Part shown: in pieces, positions 36,064 to 46,220 of the stretch
Position numbering within the stretch: the first letter of the stretch is position 1
Layout: each line of letters starts with the position of its first letter
Position numbers and translations under genes: made by a program
Assembly (NCBI GenBank): GCA_023920165.1
Contig: CP089276.1
Span: forward strand, 434,001-498,000
Length of the DNA stretch: 64,000 nucleotides
Reading direction: 5' to 3'
Source of the DNA: Curvularia clavata
Lineage: Eukaryota
Notes under the pieces: generated by a model
What the model was told of the DNA's origin: nothing
Databases searched by the model: none
Seen by the model: the letters and a program-made list of their open reading frames with translations, nothing else

Positions 36064-39000
36064 TTACTGGGCCTGACTAAATTTAAGTACAACCACACGC
36101 CCTGTCACACTTCCAAAACATATCATGTTCCCATGTTCTGCTTCAGTATAAGGCCGATACTCTACCGGAAGCCATAGGATGGGCCGATTTTGAACCAATA
36201 CCCAGTCATGCTCTCTTCCGATAGAGTATACTCGTAGACGTTGGAGGAATATTGGTTCAGGCATTACAGGAATAGTTGGAGTAGACCAGAGATGCGAAGG
36301 CAAAATGATTTCACCTTTGTTAGTGCGGATTGTCCGACCATCTGGAGAGAATTCAACGTCGAGAGTCGGTGAAGGCTGATCTATCACCCAGCGACACCGG
36401 CCTGTTGCTGTATCCCATAGCTTCAATCTCTTTTGGTAAGATGCTGTAGCAACCAGTTTTGAGTCTGGCGAGAATGCTACCACAAAAATATGATCTAGGC
36501 CACCCTTTGATAATACTGTATAGCCCTGACCTGTTATGTCCCACAGCCACGTTTCACCGTATTCATACACGGAGGCAACGAGCTGCCTGTCTGGAGAGAA
36601 TCTCACCGTTTCCACAGGATTAGAGCTGCGTTTTGATACACCGCAGTGGCCTTCTGTCTCCCAAATCCGCAATGTAAAGTCGTACGATGCTGAAGCAACC
36701 AGTTTCCCATCTGGCGAGAACGCTACTGCGACAACTACCGATGAGTGGCCCTCTAATACTCTGCAGCTTCGATCTGCTATATTCCATAGCTGTAACGCAT
36801 AGTCGACAGATACTAAAGCAAGTAGCTGGCTGTCTGGCGAGAAAGTTACGCTTTTAACCTTGTCCGAAAAGCCCTCCAATAGTCTGCGGTCTGGATCTGC
36901 TACATTCTGCAGCCGCAATTCATAATCGTCAGATACCGAGGCAACGTAGTGGCCATCTGGAGATAATTCCACTTTACTGACACCACCCGAGCAACCCTCT
37001 AACAGCTGGGAATAGTCGCCTGTAGCCGTGTTCCATAGCCACACTGTGCCATCTTTAGATACTAAAGTGATCAGTTGCCCGTATGAGGAGAAGACTAGCG
37101 TTATAGCCTCACTCGACTGCACCTTGCGGCAGTGGCCTGTGGCAGTCTCCCATAGTCTCACTGTGCCGTCGTCGGCTGCTGAGGCAATCAGCTTCCCATC
37201 AGGAGAGAAGACTACTGCATATACAAAATAGAAGTATGAGTCACCATCTAGCATCTGGCAACAGCAGCCTGTAGCAGTCTCCCATAGTCTCACCGTGCCG
37301 TCGTCGGATACTGAAGCGACTAGCTTCCCATCTGGGGAGAAGACGACTGCCCTAACTCGATATGAGCGACACTCTAGCACCTGGCGACAGCAACCTGTTG
37401 CGGTCTCCCATAGCCTGACTGTACAATCATCGGACGCTGAAGCAACTAGCTGCCCGTCCGGTGAGAACGCTACCATCCTAACGGGTCCTGAGTGACCTTT
37501 AAGCACGCTATAACACTGACCTGTGACTGCCTCCCACAGCCACACTGTACCGTCGTAGAATGCTGAAGCGACTAGCTTTCCATCTGGAGAGAACACTACT
37601 GCAATAAAATCATCTGAGTGGCTCTCTAGTGTGCTCCGGCATGCGTTCCATTCCGTGTCCCTCCCCAAAACCATCTCCACGACTTGCGGCACCTGCTTTA
37701 CAAACATTTTCCGTACGAGGCTAGCCTCAGGCGAGAAAACAAGAGCAGATGAGTATATCTGGAGGGGTGCTTCCTTAAGTATGGATACGAATCGCAGCAC
37801 GAATCGATGTGCATCGCGGAGAAAGCATGCAACAGTACTTTCAGACAGCTAGAACTCAAGTCAGCGTCAAACGCTATTTTCGGCTCATTAGGAAAGGCCT
37901 ACCGCTGCCAGACTTTGCAGCCTCGCCACTAATCGCACGCATAGGCCTGTCTCTTGGATGAGGCTCATAACTTCGAGCCAGTGAAGGAAGTGTTTCTCAA
38001 GGAATCGATGTGCAATACCTCCATCTTCAATGTTGCACCCGCTACGTTCTAGGTGGGTTGCCCAGTAGCGACACGCATATTGGAGCTCGGGAGATATGCT
38101 AGCCATGATTACATCCTCTTCAATCTCACCTCTTAACACCCCAGGCTCAGAAAGACTGCATATATCTTGTCGAAGGCCGCTTGATGCAGACATAAGCTCC
38201 AAGCAGCGCGACGCCAGCGTCTTGTGTGCGCTCTTTTCGTCGACCCGAAAGTTTTCGTCACTACATCTCTCTTTATTGAACAAGAAGTCGCGGAGCGAAG
38301 GGTGGTGTAGGCGGACGGGTAGGTCAAAATCGTTTGGGATGTCAAGAATTGCGTGGAGATCTTCCAGTATCGGCCGAATCCCCTCTGCAACACGTAGCAG
38401 TTGATCTAGAGATTTTGTGGAGAGCGGAGATAACAGTACTACTATGCTTCCAAGAATATAACGAATTGCACTAGATTGCTCTTCTTTTTCTTCGTCCATG
38501 TAGTCTCGAATTGAGTTCTGTAGCACTGTAGTGTAGAGCTCGTTAAGGTGCTTCTCTGGGGCGACAGAGGTAGCAGTATCTCTGCAAAGTATCGTTTCGA
38601 GTCTCTTAGGGGCACGCCCCTTTCCCTCTCGGATAAAGCGACAGGCTGTTTCAGCCCAGATGAAGCGGCTGCTTGCACTCTCAACGAGCTTCGTGACTAT
38701 CTCCGGACCTGGCCAACCATCTCTTAGGCAACGTTCCTGTGCAATGCTTTGAAGGTTCTCTCGCAGAAAAAGGCCTATATCGTGGTCAACAACGGACTGC
38801 GATATATCGTGCAGCACAAAGTCCTGATGGTCTCCATCTGCCATTTGCTTAAACTGATAGCGAATCGGTACTTCCGGCCTACTTGTCAGCAGCACTCGCA
38901 GCTGGGCCGTGATGGATCGAGTCTCGGCCAACAGCTGCAAGATGATGCGGATGTTATTGTCGTTATCGCACTCGTCAAGCGCGTCAATGACTATAACATA

Positions 39001-39573
39001 TGATTCAGCCATACACAGCTTTAACAGCGGACGGCAAACGAGTTGCTGCCATTGATCTCTAAGTGACAAGTTGACGATATCGCTGCGCTCTGTAACAGCG
39101 TTACATATGTGCTTCCGCAATGCTGGGACGCTGTGCGCAAGCTGCACCGCGAGACTCGTCACAAATCTAGCTGCGTGACCAACATCGCCGCCACCTCGGG
39201 AAAAGAAGAAGCTGGCTGCAAGGCGCTGTTTGTCATAGTAGCTGCGTGCGACTGTCCGCGCGATAGTTGACTTGCCCGTCCCTGCCAGCCCGCTCAACCA
39301 GAAGATGCGCCGCTCGTCTTGCCCATCTACCCATTTGTATATCTCGCGGAGGAGGTCGACACGAGTACCGAGGAGGCAGCCTTGCTCATGCTGCTTGCTG
39401 TACGCATTGAAGGGCGCGTCTTGGGCGTAGGGTAAGTGATGGAGGGGGTCATCAACCCTCACGTGATAGCTGTCGCCCAGATGGGCTTTGGCGCCATCGT
39501 TGATATTGACATTGCCGTAACGGTGGCCCAGCGAACGTTCGCTCCCGATATTCAGTTCACCGGGATAGGCCAT
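36064..39573 (-). CDS. NACHT-WD40 NLR (NWD2/HET-E-like) with N-terminal HET-s-related amyloid motif; exons 39573-37903 and 37848-36064
   Basis: CLLGTRVDLL, Walker A GLAGTGKST, ASFFFSR, Walker B IVIDALDEC, LTSRPE, HHPSLRDFL, YACRYW and FLHWLE. Intron 37849-37902 joins to RDAHRF..APLQIY.SALVFSP, followed by about 10 WD40 repeats (AFSPDG.LVASAS.D.TVRLWE). Confidence 0.95.
36350..37630 (-). repeat. Tandem WD40 repeat array (~126-nt units)
   Basis: Near-identical DNA units, e.g. gtctcccatagtctcac(t/c)gtgccgtcgtcgg at ~37145 and ~37277. Later units are more degenerate. Confidence 0.85.
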
Positions 39574-39858
39574 GGAACAAGCAGCATTGAAAAGAAGATA
39601 GGGATGTGGAAGAGATAGAGGGAGGTTTACAGCCGTCCTTGCGATTGGTGCCGCTCAGCCTCGCCCCCATTCGCTTAACCCTGCAAGCAAGCGGAGGCTC
39701 AGCGTGTCGGAAGCTGTTGTCGTTGACCGGTAGGGGCTGAGACATGGGCGTGGCATAGCCTTACTCGTGCTCATATCTGCGTCTGAGTAGCACATATTAA
39801 TTATCTCTGAGCCTCCCCATCCATATCCTCGTGTGTCACTTCGCTTTTTACATGCTAC

Positions 39859-40701
39859 ATGGCCGAGCCGTTTGGAATCGCTGCTGGCGCTATAGGCATC
39901 ACTGCTGCCTTCACCGCCTGTGTCGACTGTTTCGACTACGTGCAACATAGCCGCCACTTTGGTCGAGATTACCAGACCGAATTGATAAGCCTCGACTGTG
40001 CTAGGCTTCGGCTAACTCGCTGGGGGGAGGCTGTAAACATCCATGAAGATCCAAACCTAGGGAGGCCAAATGCAAGAGCTTCTGAAGTACAGGTAGTGCA
40101 GGGCGCACTACTACAGATCTTGGTGCTCTTCGCGGACACAGAGAAGATCTCAAATAAGTACCGGTTAGAAAGGACGGCCGGCGACAATCTTGCCCTACTG
40201 GCACCTAACGATCTTGAGCCCACCGTTTTGGGGCTTCGAAACAAGGTGAAGGAATTGGCAGTTGGGCGCCAGAAAAGAGCCAGCATTCTTAAGACGACCA
40301 GCTGGGCGCTTTACCATCGCTCGCAACTCAAAGACCTAGTCAGTGGGATCACCTCATTGCTCGACAGCATCGAAAAGATATTCCCCGCCCCCGAGAAGAT
40401 GTCCACGCTTGTCAAGCAGGAGGCAGCAGCAATGAGCAATCCACAGGAGCTCGAGGTCATTAGGAGTGCAGCACCCGGTGTCGACGATCTATTACTGGCT
40501 GCTGTGAAGGAGGTCCTTACCGGACACCAATACCTAAAAGTCACCATTAAGGGAAAGGCACACACAGGCGATAGTTATAGCAATGACTGGAGAGGCAAAG
40601 GGCAAGGGGCATCTCATGTATACGAACACGTATTCGTCGATGAGAAAGGGAAGGCACAGGTCGGTAATAGGTATGGCGAAAAAGATTTCTGGGATGACTA
40701 G
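39859..40701 (+). CDS. het-S: HET-S homologue: HeLo membrane-disrupting domain + C-terminal two-repeat prion-forming domain
   Basis: MAEPFGIAAGAIGITAAFTACVDCFDYVQ..RHFGRDY...RLTRWGEAV, WALY..LKDLV..I..L (HeLo). Tail GHQYLKVTIKGKAHTGDSY...SHVYEHVFVDEKGKAQVGNRYGEKDFWDD resembles the HET-s C-terminus GNEYGGKGFWDN. Confidence 0.92.
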   Translation: MAEPFGIAAGAIGITAAFTACVDCFDYVQHSRHFGRDYQTELISLDCARLRLTRWGEAVNIHEDPNLGRPNARASEVQVVQGALLQILVLFADTEKISNKYRLERTAGDNLALLAPNDLEPTVLGLRNKVKELAVGRQKRASILKTTSWALYHRSQLKDLVSGITSLLDSIEKIFPAPEKMSTLVKQEAAAMSNPQELEVIRSAAPGVDDLLLAAVKEVLTGHQYLKVTIKGKAHTGDSYSNDWRGKGQGASHVYEHVFVDEKGKAQVGNRYGEKDFWDD

Positions 40702-41254
40702 GATGGATGGGTTTTACCACAATGTACACTATCCGAACTAGCCATTCTTCACCATCGTGCTGCAGGCCTGTTATATCACAAGGATTTTTCTTGGGGTGAG
40801 ATGCATCAGAACGAATACAGTTGTCCCAGTAGGTAATTCCGGTAATGGCAGTGCCTAGCCTGCGAAAATGCTCGAAGAATAAGTTCTTGGGTATTTCTCA
40901 TATGGCAGATACGAAGGCTCGTGGCGGTATTTCAAACACATTCCAAACCGAGGAATTGGCATGATTTTACTTCAGAGACTGGAGGCAGTCGAGTATTCTA
41001 ATAAGAGGCTTCGCGTTGGCCTGAGGTAGTGAACCACGGGTTGGGCACCAATTGGCTCCTCGATAGCAGAAAATGTAGGCCCCGGCTACCCTTGGGCATT
41101 GGCGGCTCGCCCCAGTTGTATGGCCCACTGTGCTAGCTGGGCTTATCGCAACGGCCACCCCGATAACGGGGTATTGTGGATACATGTGGACGGGTGTCAA
41201 AGCCAGCCAAGAAAAGACTTATTGTCGATATGCAGTGAACGGCACGAGGAGATA

Positions 41255-41313
41255 CCCGCGGGAACCGAAATGGGCCTGTCGGAAGCCGGAGGCAGCTTGG
41301 ATCCCGCGGGAAC
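41255..41313. promoter_or_regulatory. Two CCCGCGGGAAC elements upstream of the mitochondrial carrier gene
   Basis: Exact copies at 41255-41265 and 41303-41313, upstream of a TATA-like tatata at ~41428. Confidence 0.55.
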
Positions 41314-41498
41314 GCCCCCTTCCGAATTCGGCAATCCGAGCCTGCTTTCTGAACCCGTTTCATACCCGTGGATGTGTACTGCAAGCCTTGACACTGCGTT
41401 GATCAACACACAATAGGATCGCTACAGTATATACTATCTCGAAAGCCTGAAGACATGGCAAGGTCCATAGATTCTGCACCGACAACACAATTTCCACC

Positions 41499-42434
41499 AT
41501 GAGCGCGTCCGTTGCTTCAGCTCCTGTTGACAGGAAACAACCTTTCCGAAGTCTTAATACAACGCCTAATACAGCGGCTCCCAAGAAATCCCCAACAGCT
41601 ATCGTATCATTAGTTTCGGGTGCTGTCGCTGGAGGTGTTGAAGCAACAGCAACATATCCGTTCGAATTCGCCAAAACACGCGCACAGCTCCAAGTGGGTG
41701 CCTCCGGCTCAAGAAACCCTTTTACTGTTCTTGCCCAAGTCGCCAAACAAGACGGATTCGGGGCTATATACACTGGCTGCTCTACTTTGATTGTCGGCAC
41801 TGCTTTCAAAGCCGGCGTCCGCTTCCTCTCTTTCGACTCCATCCGCACCCGCCTCGCCGATGAACGCGGGGTACTCTCTCCAGCTCGCGGCTTATTAGCT
41901 GGCATGCTAGCCGGCGCAGTCGAAAGCATCGTCGCAGTTACACCAACAGAGCGTGTAAAGACTGCTCTGATCGATAATGCAAAAAATGGCATGGAACGCT
42001 ACCGCGGAGGCTTTCATGCTTCAAGAGTCATTCTGCAAACCGATGGTATAGCTGGGCTATATCGAGGGCTGGTATCCACCACGGCAAAGCAATCAGCTAC
42101 TTCGGCTGTTCGCATGGGATCATACAATGTTCTGAAGGAGTTTGCGCGACGAAAGAACCTCCCCCAGAACAGCGCAGTTACTTTTGGCATGGGTGCTGTC
42201 GCTGGTGTTATCACCGTGTATGCAACACAGCCTTTCGATACTATCAAAACACAGGCACAAAGTGCTCAAGGCGCGAGCACGAAGCATGCTTTCCGAAGTG
42301 TCTTGATGAAGGGAGGAGTGCGAGGCTTCTGGAGTGGTAGCACGATGCGTTTGGGCAGGCTGGTCTTGAGCGGCGGCATTGTATTCACGGTTTATGAGAA
42401 GGTTGCAGACATATTGACGCCCTCCACTCTATAG
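41499..42434 (+). CDS. Mitochondrial carrier family protein (tricarboxylate/citrate carrier-like)
   Basis: Three PxE/DxxKT signature motifs (YPFEFAKT, TPTERVKT, QPFDTIKT), plus KAGVRF, KQSATSAVR and RLGRL typical of CTP1-like carriers. Single exon. Confidence 0.9.
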   Translation: MSASVASAPVDRKQPFRSLNTTPNTAAPKKSPTAIVSLVSGAVAGGVEATATYPFEFAKTRAQLQVGASGSRNPFTVLAQVAKQDGFGAIYTGCSTLIVGTAFKAGVRFLSFDSIRTRLADERGVLSPARGLLAGMLAGAVESIVAVTPTERVKTALIDNAKNGMERYRGGFHASRVILQTDGIAGLYRGLVSTTAKQSATSAVRMGSYNVLKEFARRKNLPQNSAVTFGMGAVAGVITVYATQPFDTIKTQAQSAQGASTKHAFRSVLMKGGVRGFWSGSTMRLGRLVLSGGIVFTVYEKVADILTPSTL

Positions 42435-42693
42435 AAATAATACCCTTTTGGATTCTTATTAAGTTTTTTTTTGTTAGTGGTGTCTTGTAGTTGATCTGCC
42501 TTGCTCCATTTTGCCATCAATGTCGTGCATAAGTTCTTGCATAAGCTGCGGACCGTGACATGCCATACAAAAAGTTTTTTGCAGGGATGCTAAACTTCTG
42601 CATGCATACATCCACTGCCCGATTTGCACTCGCCTGATTCCCTCTCATGATTTTTTCCGATGTCCTCTGTCTGCATCACTATCGTCACAACAA

Positions 42694-42778
42694 GTTCCCG
42701 CGGTAGTATACTTTGAAGAGGCGACGGGACAAGTCTTTCTTATCCGCGGGACAGCTGAGTTCAGCTTCCCGCGGGAAC
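42694..42778. promoter_or_regulatory. Three CCGCGGGA(A)C elements upstream of the MFS gene
   Basis: gttcccgcgg (reverse copy) at 42694-42703, ccgcgggac at 42744-42752, palindromic ttcccgcgggaa(c) at 42766-42778. Confidence 0.55.
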
Positions 42779-43139
42779 AGAACGACTGTGCTCCGTCTCG
42801 AGGGCGACAAGCTCGCTTAGATTCCAACTAATCGGTTAGAACGGTTCTATTTACCAAATGACTACTGGTGTCCTCTTAGGCTGTGCCTTGGCCATCCCAA
42901 TCGTTTGTTAGTCGCGGGGCCCCGCACGCTTGGTAATTCTGGGGACACCCTAACAAGCTCGCAGAAGGCAAGTCTACCAACATGGCGCGATGCACTACGG
43001 CGACGCCTCTTCCAAGGCAAGAAGTCTATATAACATAGGCTCACATCGCTATGGAGTCATCACAGAACCTTGTCTACTTCCCAGCTCCTCTTTGAAAGAT
43101 ACCCCTTCTTGCGCTCGATTAGTGTTTTGGTTGAGCAAG

Positions 43140-44820
43140 ATGACAGAAAAGCGTTCCGTCGACATCGTTGACGAGAAGACAGCCGATGCGGAGTTCAAGG
43201 AAATTGTCGCCGATCGCAATGGTCAAATCACACCCCAGCAGATACAGGCCCGCTTTGAGACCCTTCGTCACTTGAGCGAAGACCAGATGGCTGCATTGAA
43301 CAAGCAGCTCGTCAAGAAGCTTGATTGGAGACTCATGCCTTGCATCACCCTCATGTTCCTCATGAAGTAAGATTCTGCCTAGCGAGACACGGTCTGTTCG
43401 TGAGCAAAGTTAACAATCGACCCAGTTATCTCGACCGTATTAACGTTTCCAATGCACGCCTTGCCGGGCTTCAAAAAGATCTACACATGACTGACACTTT
43501 ATGGAATACCGGCATCTCGACATTCTACGTGGGCTACCTCATCGGTCAACTTCCTGGTAACTTGTGGCTTGCCAAAGCGGATCCAAGGTGGCTTTTGCCC
43601 TCAATGATGATGGCCTGGAGTATTGGGACGATTTGTATGCCGGCCATGACCAATGGCGCAGGTTTCGCAGTATGCCGCTTCTTTATCGGCCTAGCTGAGG
43701 CGCCGTTCTTCCCAGGCATAACACTTAGTAAGTCCCTGTTCGCATCTCAAACACGATCCTACGAACCACAGTACTAATGAAACTAGTGACTTCATCATGG
43801 TACACCAAAGAAGAGAATCCGATGCGCATGGCGATCTGGCATGCAGGAAACACCATTTCCAATATCTTGTCCGGATTCTTGGCTGCAGCCATCCTTGAGA
43901 ACATGGATAACATCCTCAATCTCCACGCGTGGCAGTGGTTCTTCATAATTGAGGGCGCTGTCTCTATTCTTGTCGCAGGTGGTGCTTACTTTCTCCTTCC
44001 ATCATGGCCGCATAACACGAAGTGGTTGTCAAAGGAGGAGTCGGAGATGGCGCAATACCGAGTCCAGGTGTCCAATGGTGGCCATGACGAGGAAATTGGT
44101 GGTACTTGGGATGGGTTCAAGGATGCTGCCAAAGATCCATTTACGTGGTTCTTCTGCCTGATGCACTTCGCCCTCGTCACTGCGCAGAGTTTCAAAGACT
44201 TCCTACCATCAGTATGTTATAAACCTGCAACATCTCTTGTGGTTCTCACAACTGACCGTTCTGCTTTACAGATCATGAAGACGTTCAATTTCGACAAACT
44301 CACCACCTACCTTGTCCAGGCTCCTCCCTACGCCATCGCTTACGCCACCGCATGCGGTCTCGCATACTCCTCCGGCCGCTTCCAAGAGTCTTACTACCAC
44401 ATCGTCATCCCAATACTCTTCAGCGCGGCAGGCTGCAGTATGCTCATTGGAACTCTCAACATTGGCGCCCGCTACTTTGGCCTCGTTCTCCTCATCAGTG
44501 GTACCTACTCCGGTCTTAATCTTCAACTGAGCTGGGAAACAACACTCGTGCCAGCTCCACGCAGCAAGAAAGCAGCGCTTATTGCTATCGCCAATTGTAT
44601 CAGCCAAGTCAGTCATTGGTTTAGCCCTTACTTCTTCCCAACGTCCCAAGAGCCGTTTTACAGGCTGGGTGGTGGCTTGATCCTGGTAGGATGCCTCCTT
44701 TGCGTGGTCTCCTCAAGCTTGGTAAAGTGGCGCGCGAAGAGGTTGAACAAGAAGCTGGATGAATCAGAGGGTTGGTCGGAGCATGGAGGTGTGGAGCGTG
44801 GATGGAGATATGTCTACTGA
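43140..44820 (+). CDS. MFS transporter, anion:cation symporter (Dal5/Tna1-like) family; introns 43367-43425, 43728-43786, 44212-44271
   Basis: KKLDWRLMP..LMFLMNYLDRINVSNARLAGL, RFFIGLAEAPFFPG, SWYTKEE..R, WQWFFIIEG and QAPPY. GT-AG introns restore the frame. Confidence 0.92.
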
Positions 44821-45248
44821 TGAGATGATGTTTCGTGGAAATTTCCCTGTTACGAATTGATGACTAGTTGTTTTTTTCTTTATGGTTGGCTTGCGCTGGT
44901 ACTGATATTGTGCATTCCAATAAGAAGCTTCAAAGTTCGAATACTGTATTCAAATCCATGGCTTATCTTCATCTTCTCCACCTCCATCAGCTGATAAGCA
45001 TTTTTCTCTTCTGCAGCGCTCGTCCTCTTTGCTTCACCCGTCGTGTTCCTCTAGCCATCCTCTTGAAGATGAATATGCTGATGATTGTATAAATCATGGC
45101 TTACAAAATTAACATTGACTGTACAGCCTGATTGCATTCTTTGCTGATGGAAGAGATGACGTTGGCGTGTGGCTGACCATTTATAATGTCCAGGACATAT
45201 GAAAACTGGCCCCAAGATTTGACTCCATTTTCAAACACCGCAGTAGCT

Positions 45249-46220
45249 TCATCGTCTGCGCTTTGTTTCACCTCCCTTATCATTCTTCCAGCTTCCAGCG
45301 TAATGATGGGTCACAAGTTGTGGCGGTAGAAGTGCTTCTTGTTCTGGGGTGTATTTGTTTGCAGTCGCTGCAAATGAGCGGCCTGGCATGATTAAAACGT
45401 CCCCGATCGACACTGGCTGCATGATACTATGCACCTCGGTTGTGTTGATCGTATATTGTTCTTTCTCCAAGCTTTTGAACACACTTGTCGTTAAGCGTCG
45501 GGGACCTGTAAAGTCTACAACGTCTCCCATCATTTCTAATGTAAGACCCTCAACCGGGACCTGATATTTGGCAGTCTTTTGCCGTACTTCATCCAGAATG
45601 TCGTCAACCACCTGCATCATATGGGATGACCGGGGCTTGGACATTATAGTCCAGCTGGCGAATTGGCGCCTAAAGGGCTCTGGCCACCCCGCATCAAACT
45701 CCCATCCCACCACAAGTGAAACGTCTTGATGTTCGACTGGCACCCATTCATCGATAGGTACACCTTCACAAGATACGTCTAAATCATACCAGATGCCGCC
45801 TTGATCCCAAAGTAACAGATAGCGCAGCATGTCGGCTTTGTAGATAGGGATAGAGAATGCAAGGTAGGTTTGAACAATGTCGGGGCGGAATGCAAACGTT
45901 TTACGGACGTAGTCATCGCCGCTTTCATCCGTAATAAAGTGTGCTTGATATTCAGGATTGCCTTTGATGCAGGTGTCGGTCCAGTTGCGCACTTCGTTGG
46001 AGATGCCTTTGGGGCCCAGCTTATACCAGATAAGTCTTGGGATTCCATTTCTGTTGTGATGTAGGGCTTCTGAGGCTCCAGGAGCTTCAGCGGTTGCTGA
46101 CGTAGGAGCGATAAATTTGCCTTGGATAAAAACAAAGTGATAAACCAAACCGATTGTGCACAACGCAATCAGCGTGTAGTAATTAAAGACTTTGGCCAGT
46201 TGCGGTGGTCGCGGCAACAT
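45249..46220 (-). CDS. Glycosyltransferase family 32 (Och1-like alpha-1,6-mannosyltransferase)
   Basis: N-terminal type-II membrane anchor, IPRLIW, KADMLRYLLL...GGIWYDLDV (DxD), TGP..LT and HHYAGSWK. Confidence 0.88.
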   Translation of the reverse strand: MLPRPPQLAKVFNYYTLIALCTIGLVYHFVFIQGKFIAPTSATAEAPGASEALHHNRNGIPRLIWYKLGPKGISNEVRNWTDTCIKGNPEYQAHFITDESGDDYVRKTFAFRPDIVQTYLAFSIPIYKADMLRYLLLWDQGGIWYDLDVSCEGVPIDEWVPVEHQDVSLVVGWEFDAGWPEPFRRQFASWTIMSKPRSSHMMQVVDDILDEVRQKTAKYQVPVEGLTLEMMGDVVDFTGPRRLTTSVFKSLEKEQYTINTTEVHSIMQPVSIGDVLIMPGRSFAATANKYTPEQEALLPPQLVTHHYAGSWKNDKGGETKRRR

